Shown here: positions 34,803-41,192 of the stretch, piece by piece | Numbering within the stretch: the first letter of the stretch is position 1 | How the letters are laid out: each line of letters begins with the position of its first letter | Source: Gaiellales bacterium | GTDB taxonomy: Bacteria; Actinomycetota; Thermoleophilia; Gaiellales; JAICJC01 | Reading direction: 5' to 3' | Assembly: GCA_035537595.1 (NCBI GenBank) | Contig: DATLLX010000083.1 | Span: 1 to 41,192, forward strand | Length of the DNA: 41,192 bases | Notes under the pieces: model-generated | The model's database searches: none | The model's input: only the letters and a program-made list of their open reading frames with translations | What the model was told of the DNA's origin: nothing | Made by a program: the position numbers and the translations under genes

Positions 34803-37800
34803 ATGTACTTGAAGACACTTCGGATGCGCGGCTTCAAGTCGTTCGCCCAGAGCGTCGAGCTGCGGTTCGAGCACGGCATCGCGGTTGTGGTCGGCCCCAA
34901 CGGCAGCGGCAAGTCGAACATCGCCGACGCGCTGCAGTGGGCGATGGCCGTGCAGTCGCCCGCCCAGCTGCGCGCGCCCAGCGGCCAGGACGTGCTGTTC
35001 GGCGGCACCGACTCGCGGCCGCCGTCGGGCGTGTGCGAGGTCGAGCTGGTGCTCGACAACGAGTGCGAGACGCTGCCGATCGAGTTCGGCGAGGTGTCCG
35101 TGATGCGGCGGCTGCACCGCGACGGCGAGAGCGAGTACTTCATCAACCGGGCCCGCGTGCGGCGGCTGGACGTGCTCGAGCTGCTGTCCGACACCGGCCT
35201 CGGCCGCGAGATGCACTCCGTGATCGGCCAGGGCAAGGTGGAGGAGATCCTGCTGGCCAAGCCGCACGAGCGGCGGCGATTCGTCGAGGAGGCTGCCGGC
35301 CTGGGCAAGTATCAGCGCCGCCGCACCCGCTCCGAGCAAAAGCTCGCCCGGGTGGCCACCGAGCTGGAACGGGCGCGTGATCTGGAGCGGGAGGTCAGGG
35401 CCCGGCTGCGCCCGCTGGCGATGCAGGCCACCGCCGCCGACCGGGCGGCGAAGCTGGGCCAGGAGATCGCCCAGGGACGGATCTCGCTGCTCTCGTCCGA
35501 GCTGCTGGTGGAGAGCCGCCGCACGGCCGAGCTGCGCGGGCGGCTGGAGGGCGTGACCTCCGCCCGCTCGGGGATCGACGCCGAGCTGGTGGCGATCGCC
35601 TCCCGCCGTTCCGCCGCTGAGACCGAGCTGGCCGGCCTGGCAGCCGCCCAGGAGCGTGCAACACGGGCGTTCTACGCCTTCGAGACCGGTCGCGAGCGGG
35701 TCGAGGCCGAGCGGTCGCGCCTCGCCCGCGCGCGTGCAGCGCTCGACCGCAGCGAGGCCTGGCGCCGCGAGGACGCCGCCCGCCGCCAGGCGGACGCCGT
35801 CCGACTGCGGCTCGAGGCCGAGGCCGCCGAGGCGGCGGCGGCCGAGCACGTCGCCGAGGCGGCGGCGCTGGAGGCACAGGACGGGGGAGGGCTCGACGAG
35901 GCGGCGGCCGCGGCCGAGGCCGCGCTGGCGGCCGCGCTCGACGCCCGCCGCGCACACGCCGAGGCCGAGGGCCAGGCGGCCAACGTCCGCCGCGAGCACG
36001 AGGCGGCGGTGGCCCGGGTCGCCGAGCTGGGCGAGCGGCTGGAGGCGCTGGGCTCGGCATCCGAGGATGAGTCGGCGCGGCTGGACGCCGCCCAGGCCGC
36101 CGTGTCGGCGCTGACAGCCCGCCAGGCCGAGGCGGCCACCGGGGTGGCCGCCGCCGAAGCCGCGGCCGCTGCGGCCGAGGCAGACTCCGCCAGGGCCGGC
36201 GAAGCCGCCCGCGAGGCCCGGCTGCGGGCCGAGGGATTGGCGGAGGACGCTTCACGGGACCGCGCGCGCCTGGAGTCGCTCGAGCTGGCGCTGCGGCGGG
36301 GCGACGGGCTGTCGCCGGCCGCGCAGGCGCTTCGCGACAGCGGTGCCCGCCTGGTGCTGGCCGGGATCGAGGCGGAGCCGGGATACGAGCGGGCGGTCGC
36401 CGCCGCGCTCGGCTGGAGGGCCGGCGCCGTGGTCGCCGAGCGGCTCGACCAGGCACTCGACCTGCTGGAGCAGGGCGACGGGGAGCTGAACGTGGTCACG
36501 GCCGGCGGGGACGGGCGGGCGGCCGGGGAGATGCCCGCCGGAGCCCGGCCACTGGCCGAGGTCGTCAGGATCATCGACCGCTCGCTGGCGCCGCTGGTGG
36601 CCGGCATCTGGCTGGTCGACGATCTCCGCGGGGTGCAGAGCGGCGTGGCCGTGACCGCCGAGGGCGTCGGGCTGGATGCCGACCGCGGCGAGGCCTGGCG
36701 GATCGCCGATGCCGGCGAGGCCTCCTGGCTGCGGGCGCGCGGCGAGCGCGACTCGCTGGCCGCCGGCCTGGCGGAGCGGGAGCAGGCGGCGGAGCATGCC
36801 CACGCCGAGGCCGAGACTGCGGGCACCGCCGCCGCCACGGCTGCCACTGCCGACGCCGCTGCTCGCGATCGTCTGCGCGATGCCCGCCGCGACGAGCAGG
36901 AGGCGGCCGACGAGCTGCGGCGTGCGTCCGGTGCCCGCGACGCCCTGGCCGACGAGCTGGCCCGCCGGGATGCCGGCCGCGATCTGGCCGCTCGCGATCT
37001 GGAGTCCGAGAGCGCCAGGCTGACCGAGCTGCACGCGCTGCTGGCCGGGTACGAGGGGTCGCTGGCGGAGCGGCGGTCGGCGGCGCTGGCCGCCGACGAG
37101 CGGCATGCCGCTCTGGAGATGACCCGCCGACGGCTGGCCGACGAGGCGGCTCGCCAGGCGGCCCGCCGGGCGGCGCTCGACGAGCGGATCGAGCGCTTCC
37201 GGGATGAGGGCGGCCGCGCCCTCGAGGCAGCCGAGCGGGCGGAGGCGGCGGCGCAGCGCTCGCTGCAAGCCTCCGTCCAGGCGGCCGAGGCCGCGCCCGC
37301 CGTCGACCGGCTGGTCGTCGAGCTCGACGCGGCGCTGGCTGCCGCGAGCGGGCTGGCCGAGCCGGCCAGGGCCGGCATTGACACGATCGAGCGGCGGGCG
37401 GGCGAGCTGGCGGCCGAGCTGCAGGCCTGCGCGATGGCGGAGGCCGAGGCCCAGGGCCGTGCCCGCGAGATCCAGGCGGCGGCGACGGAGGTGGAGGTGT
37501 CGCTGGCCCGAAGCAGCGAGCGGATCGACGACGTCGGCCGGCGCCGCGCGGAGCTGGCCGCCGAGCACAGCCTCGACGTGATCGAGCCCGAGGAGCCGCT
37601 GGCCGCGGACGACGCGGCGGCTGCGGCGGCCCGGCTGGAGCGGTTGGAGCGCCGCCGCGAGAGCCTGGGCGCCGTCAACCCGCTGGCCCAGGAGGAGTAC
37701 GAGCAGGAGAAGGTGCGGGCGGACGACCTGTCCACCCAGTGCGAGGACCTGGAGACCTCGCTGGCCGAGCTGCGGGCGCTGATCAAGGATCTCACCACCA

Positions 37801-38363
37801 CCATCGACCAGCGGTTCGCCGCCACCTTCGACTCGGTGGCGCACAACTTCGAGGAGGTGATCGGCACGCTCTTCCCGGGCGGCCGCGGGCGGCTGCGGCT
37901 GACCGAGGAGGTTGTCCCCGACGAGCCCTTCGACGGGCAGCCGGACGACGGCTCGGTGGTCGACGCGGCGGCACCCCGGCCGCCGGTCGAGCGTGGCATC
38001 GATCTCGAGGTGAAGCCGGCCGGCAAGCGGATCGAGTCGCTGTCACTGCTCTCGGGTGGCGAGAAGTCGCTGACGGCGATCGCATTCCTGTTCGCGCTGA
38101 TGCTGACCAAGCCGTCGCCCTTCTACCTGCTCGACGAGGTCGAGGCGGCGCTGGACGACGCCAACATCGACCGCTTCCTCGACCTGCTGCGGGCCTATCA
38201 GGACCGGGCCCAGTTCCTGGTCGTCACCCACCAGCGGCGGACGATGGAGGTGGCCGACGTGCTGTACGGCGTGACCATGGCCGGTGACGGCGTCTCGACG
38301 GTGCTGTCCCGCCGCATGCCCAGCGACCCCGAGCTGCACGAGGCGGCGCTCGAATCCGCGTAG
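34803..38363 (+). CDS. smc: chromosome partition protein Smc
   Basis: ATG 34803 lies 6 nt after the AGGAG RBS. Walker A GPNGSGKSNI, long Ala/Glu/Arg-rich coiled coils, a central hinge-like segment, C-motif LSGGEKSLTAIAF and Walker B FYLLDEVEAALD. Confidence 0.95.
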   Translation: MYLKTLRMRGFKSFAQSVELRFEHGIAVVVGPNGSGKSNIADALQWAMAVQSPAQLRAPSGQDVLFGGTDSRPPSGVCEVELVLDNECETLPIEFGEVSVMRRLHRDGESEYFINRARVRRLDVLELLSDTGLGREMHSVIGQGKVEEILLAKPHERRRFVEEAAGLGKYQRRRTRSEQKLARVATELERARDLEREVRARLRPLAMQATAADRAAKLGQEIAQGRISLLSSELLVESRRTAELRGRLEGVTSARSGIDAELVAIASRRSAAETELAGLAAAQERATRAFYAFETGRERVEAERSRLARARAALDRSEAWRREDAARRQADAVRLRLEAEAAEAAAAEHVAEAAALEAQDGGGLDEAAAAAEAALAAALDARRAHAEAEGQAANVRREHEAAVARVAELGERLEALGSASEDESARLDAAQAAVSALTARQAEAATGVAAAEAAAAAAEADSARAGEAAREARLRAEGLAEDASRDRARLESLELALRRGDGLSPAAQALRDSGARLVLAGIEAEPGYERAVAAALGWRAGAVVAERLDQALDLLEQGDGELNVVTAGGDGRAAGEMPAGARPLAEVVRIIDRSLAPLVAGIWLVDDLRGVQSGVAVTAEGVGLDADRGEAWRIADAGEASWLRARGERDSLAAGLAEREQAAEHAHAEAETAGTAAATAATADAAARDRLRDARRDEQEAADELRRASGARDALADELARRDAGRDLAARDLESESARLTELHALLAGYEGSLAERRSAALAADERHAALEMTRRRLADEAARQAARRAALDERIERFRDEGGRALEAAERAEAAAQRSLQASVQAAEAAPAVDRLVVELDAALAAASGLAEPARAGIDTIERRAGELAAELQACAMAEAEAQGRAREIQAAATEVEVSLARSSERIDDVGRRRAELAAEHSLDVIEPEEPLAADDAAAAAARLERLERRRESLGAVNPLAQEEYEQEKVRADDLSTQCEDLETSLAELRALIKDLTTTIDQRFAATFDSVAHNFEEVIGTLFPGGRGRLRLTEEVVPDEPFDGQPDDGSVVDAAAPRPPVERGIDLEVKPAGKRIESLSLLSGGEKSLTAIAFLFALMLTKPSPFYLLDEVEAALDDANIDRFLDLLRAYQDRAQFLVVTHQRRTMEVADVLYGVTMAGDGVSTVLSRRMPSDPELHEAALESA

Positions 38364-38374
38364 GCGCCGATGCG

Positions 38375-38713
38375 GTGATCTCGGACGGCCGCGGCCGCGT
38401 GCTGCTGCACCGCCGCAGCGACGACGGCCTGTGGGGCATGCCCGGCGGCTGGGTCGACGACGGCGAGTCGCCGGAGCAAGCGATCGTCCGTGAGGTGCGG
38501 GAGGAGACCGGTTTCGCCGTCCGCGTGGTCGAGCTGGCCGAGACGACCCAGCGCCCCGCGTCCCTTCACCACACCTTTCTCTGCGAGGTACTGGGCGGCG
38601 AGCTGGCGGTGTCCGACGAATCGCACGAGGTCGCCTACCGTGACCCTGCCGAGGTCGAGCGGTGGCACATGGACCACCGCACGCGGCTGTTCCGCGCGCT
38701 CGGGGCGTCATGA
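38375..38713 (+). CDS. NUDIX hydrolase (short, 112 aa)
   Basis: The Nudix box is GGWVDDGESPEQAIVREVREETG. GTG 38375 is the first start after the in-frame stop at 38285-38287. Confidence 0.8.
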   Translation: MISDGRGRVLLHRRSDDGLWGMPGGWVDDGESPEQAIVREVREETGFAVRVVELAETTQRPASLHHTFLCEVLGGELAVSDESHEVAYRDPAEVERWHMDHRTRLFRALGAS

Positions 38714-39276
38714 AGCTCTCCGACGGGCGGATCACGTTGCGCCCTGCCACGCCGGCCGACGAGGAGCGGCTGTGGGAGATCCTGCAGGAGCCGGAGATCG
38801 TCCGCTGGTGGGGCCACGAGGCCCGCGAGGACCTGCAGTCGCACCTGGCCGGCCGGGAGCAGGCGGTGCCGTTCGTGATCGAGCACGCGGGCGCCACGGC
38901 CGGCTTGGTCCAGTACTGCGAGGAGAACGACCCGGAGTTCCGCCACGCCGGCATCGACATCTACCTGACCGCTCGCCTGCACGGCAGGGGACTTGGCGCG
39001 GCCGCCATCCGCCTGATGGTGCAGCATCTGCAGGCCCTCGGTCATCACCGGATCACCATCGACCCGGCGGCCGCCAACCACGCCGCCATCCGCTGCTATC
39101 TGTCGGTCGGCTTCCAGGAGGTGGGCGTGATGCGGGCCTACTGGCGTGACCCGGACGGCGTGTGGCGTGACGGGCTGTTGATGGAGCTGGTGGCGCCTCA
39201 GGCGACGAGCGGCAGCTCGTCCGGATCCTCGGGCAGCATCGACGCCCCCGGGGCGACCCGGCGCAGCTCGTCGTAG
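38710..39276 (+). CDS. GNAT family N-acetyltransferase
   Basis: ATGA overlap with the Nudix gene. The acetyl-CoA binding segment is RLHGRGLGAAAIRLM (R/Q-x-x-G-x-G/A). The fold length is typical, and the last roughly 26 aa are a Ser/Gly tail. Confidence 0.8.
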   Translation: MKLSDGRITLRPATPADEERLWEILQEPEIVRWWGHEAREDLQSHLAGREQAVPFVIEHAGATAGLVQYCEENDPEFRHAGIDIYLTARLHGRGLGAAAIRLMVQHLQALGHHRITIDPAAANHAAIRCYLSVGFQEVGVMRAYWRDPDGVWRDGLLMELVAPQATSGSSSGSSGSIDAPGATRRSSS

Positions 39277-39509
39277 GTCGGCAGCTCGGCGACGCACAGC
39301 CGCTCGAAGGCATCCCGCCGCCGGCCGTGCGATACGCGGCCGATCGCGCCCAGCCGCTCGCCGCGGGCCGGGTCGCTGATCACGCACACCAGCACGCCGT
39401 CCGCGGTCACCGAGTAGAGCGGTTCGCAGCCCTGCCGCGCTCGCCGGACGGCCTCGGCCAGGAATCGCCTGGCCCGCGCCTCGCCTCGTGTCAGCTCGTC
39501 GTCGAGCAT
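39198..39509 (-). CDS. hypothetical protein (103 aa)
   Basis: ATG 39509 with a non-repetitive sequence (MLDDELTRGEARARRFLAEAV...). I recognise no family. Its 3' end overlaps the GNAT 3' end by 79 nt. Confidence 0.4.
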   Translation of the reverse strand: MLDDELTRGEARARRFLAEAVRRARQGCEPLYSVTADGVLVCVISDPARGERLGAIGRVSHGRRRDAFERLCVAELPTYDELRRVAPGASMLPEDPDELPLVA

Positions 39510-39568
39510 GGTGCCCTCGTGATCGGCGTCACGAGCGTCCGCCTTGAGCGCGGCGGCGGGGCGCTGCG

Positions 39569-39601
39569 GGTGAGCACAGGTGTCTGACACTCCTGTACCG
39601 C
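39569..39601. repeat. 33-bp palindromic repeat, copy 4 (GGTGAGCACAGGTGTCTGACACTCCTGTACCGC)
   Basis: It has the same left-arm 22-mer as the copies at 3521, 3723 and 3765. It lies between the GGDEF gene stop (39631) and the start of the 103-aa ORF (39509). Confidence 0.75.
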
Positions 39602-39630
39602 GAGTGCGGCCGCGGGGCGGCCGGCCGGCG

Positions 39631-40641
39631 CTAGGAGGCGATCCGGTACGTGCGCTTGCCGGCTTGCTTGGCCTCGAGCAGCGAGCGGTCGGCGCGGTCG
39701 ACCAGCGGCACCGGGTCGATCTCGCCCGAGCGGGAGCAGGCCATGCCCAGCGAGGCCGCCAGGCCGGTCGACTCGACGGCGTGCAGCAGCCGGCGGCCGG
39801 TCTCCTCGACCTCCTCGTCGATGTCGTGCAGGATGATCGCGAACTCGTCGCCGCCGATCCGGCTGGCCACATCGCCGGCCCGGCAGGTCACGCGCAGCGC
39901 CTCGGCGGCCCGGCGGAGTGCCGTATCCCCGGCCAGGTGGCCGTGGCGGTCGTTGATCAGCTTGAAGTTGTCGATGTCGATCATGGCGACCGTGACCAGG
40001 TCGCCGGCGCGGGCGGCCCGGGCCAGCTCCTGCCCCAGCCGCTCGTAGAACGCGCGGTGGTTGAGCAGGCCGGTCAGGGGGTCGCGGTCGACCTGCGAGC
40101 GGAGATCCTCGTACAGCTGGGCGTTGCGCACGGTCAGCGCCGCCTGGCTCGCGATCGTCTTCAGAAAGGCGACGTCGCGCCGCGTCCAGGCGCCGGTCGA
40201 TCGGTGGTCGGCGACCTCGATCAGACCGACCGAACGGCCCTCGATGGCCAGCGGCATCTCCATCGACGATTTCCAGCCGCTGCGCTCCATGAAGTCGCGG
40301 GCCTTGTCGGGAAGCTCGCGGTCGGCCAGCGTCGCCTCGACGAACCCGTCCGCAGCCTCCAGCAGGGCGCGGGTGCTGGGGTAGTCGGCCAGTGGCCATA
40401 CCCCTTGGGCGATGTCCGTGCGGGGCGGGTAGCCGGCGACGTCGCGGAGTACGTCCTCATCCCTGTCCCAGACCGAGATGTTGCACTCCGAGATCCGCGG
40501 CAGCGCTCCCGACAGCTCGCGGGCAAGCGTCGACAGCACCTCATCCAGGGCGAGGCTCGATGAGAGCGCGAGGGAAATCCGGTGGAGCACCTCGAGCTCA
40601 CGGCGGTCGCGACCGCCTGTGGAGCGAGACATGCGGATCAT
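39631..40641 (-). CDS. GAF domain-containing diguanylate cyclase (GGDEF)
   Basis: The N-terminal roughly 160 aa is GAF-like. The C-terminus has DPLTGLLNHRAF, DIDNFKLINDRHGHLAGD and the active site RIGGDEF. An RxxD I-site (RAGD) lies 5 residues upstream. Confidence 0.88.
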   Translation of the reverse strand: MIRMSRSTGGRDRRELEVLHRISLALSSSLALDEVLSTLARELSGALPRISECNISVWDRDEDVLRDVAGYPPRTDIAQGVWPLADYPSTRALLEAADGFVEATLADRELPDKARDFMERSGWKSSMEMPLAIEGRSVGLIEVADHRSTGAWTRRDVAFLKTIASQAALTVRNAQLYEDLRSQVDRDPLTGLLNHRAFYERLGQELARAARAGDLVTVAMIDIDNFKLINDRHGHLAGDTALRRAAEALRVTCRAGDVASRIGGDEFAIILHDIDEEVEETGRRLLHAVESTGLAASLGMACSRSGEIDPVPLVDRADRSLLEAKQAGKRTYRIAS

Positions 40642-40674
40642 TCACATGATTCATCGGCGCATTCGCGCTCCGGC

Positions 40675-41192
40675 TCAAGTCTGTTCGATCCACTCCCACA
40701 GGTCGGCCGGGAGCTCCAAGCGGCCGAGCTCGAGCGCCGCCGCCCGCCGCGCGGCGCTGGCATCGCCCGGCATCCGCCGGCCGTCCACCAGGTCGCGCAG
40801 CCGCTGGCCGGCGTCCGCCTGCGGGCGCGCCAGCAGCACGACCGCCGAGTGGCCGTCGACGCCCCCAAGCGACCCGCACAGCAGCTCGACGATCGCGGCC
40901 AGGGCGAATCCCTTGTGCGCCTGGTCGCCGCCGAACGGCAGGATCGCCGCCCGGTCGCCGATCACCTCGCCGGGATCGGCCTCGGGAGAGCCGTCGGCCC
41001 GGGCCGCGGTTCCGGCTGCCAGTCGTGCGCCGGCGGCAGCCGCCGTGAGCACCTCGCCGTAGGTCGCCCGGCCCATCGAGACGTCGACCACGACCGGCGG
41101 GTCGCCGTCCGGCAGCGCCAGGCAGAACGGGTTGGTGCCGAGCACCGCCGGGCCGCCCTGTGGGTGCCCGAGCCGGGGAGTCGAGGATGCGC
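40675..41192 (-). CDS. Ldh_2 family (malate/L-lactate/ureidoglycolate-type) dehydrogenase, C-terminal part (5' end outside window)
   Basis: Motifs GTNPFCLALP and FGGDQAHKGFALAAIVELLCG are typical of the Ldh_2 family. The ORF continues past the right edge. Confidence 0.7.
   Translation of the reverse strand, partial: ASSTPRLGHPQGGPAVLGTNPFCLALPDGDPPVVVDVSMGRATYGEVLTAAAAGARLAAGTAARADGSPEADPGEVIGDRAAILPFGGDQAHKGFALAAIVELLCGSLGGVDGHSAVVLLARPQADAGQRLRDLVDGRRMPGDASAARRAAALELGRLELPADLWEWIEQT

Noticed and set aside
38375-39509. GNAT toxin-antitoxin module (Nudix/GNAT plus small ORF)
   Set aside because: GNAT-type TA systems have a small antitoxin gene immediately upstream and co-directional with the toxin. 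Here the small ORF is convergent and overlaps the 3' end. The upstream partner is a Nudix hydrolase with an intact Nudix box.

Overview
This is a high-GC (about 70%) chromosomal segment that looks actinobacterial. The gene order resembles the Firmicutes/Thermoleophilia-type backbone rpmB-asp23-yloV-recG-rsmD-coaD-yceD-rpmF-plsX-acpP-rnc-smc. Almost the whole window is densely packed housekeeping genes, mostly on the + strand and often joined by ATGA/GTGA start-stop overlaps:
- a surface-glycan corner (Wzy-like fragment, GH-A hydrolase, secreted Kelch protein)
- trpS, then class II DAHP synthase-tyrA-aroA
- cmk-plsC-der-gpsA, metK, priA
- def-fmt-(hydrolase)-rsmB
- rpe-ribD-ribE-ribBA-ribH
- rpmB, asp23, a DAK2/DegV fusion, recG, rsmD, coaD, yceD, rpmF, plsX, acpP, rnc, smc
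- a small accessory tail (Nudix, GNAT, orphan ORF, GAF-GGDEF, Ldh_2 fragment)

I found no prophage, IS element, CRISPR array, tRNA/rRNA gene, defence island or novel multi-gene system. The items worth a second look are:
1. A glutamine-amidotransferase-like (CTP-synthase C-terminal-like) gene between aroA and cmk. Its only in-frame stop is a TGA at the position of the catalytic cysteine, followed by a SECIS-like hairpin with a GGUC loop. This makes it a probable selenoprotein with a rewired Sec/Cys/Gln triad.
2. An exact 23-bp-register tandem array directly upstream of that gene, with related copies in two other intergenic regions.
3. A 33-bp imperfect palindrome family present four times in intergenic DNA.
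4. A single-polypeptide FakA(DAK2)-FakB(DegV) fusion, i.e. both components of fatty acid kinase in one ORF.
5. An rnc gene with no canonical start codon upstream of its catalytic signature.
6. Recurrent -10-like hexamers 7-10 nt upstream of first-gene start codons, suggesting leaderless mRNAs.

All functional calls rest on motif recognition by eye, without database searches.
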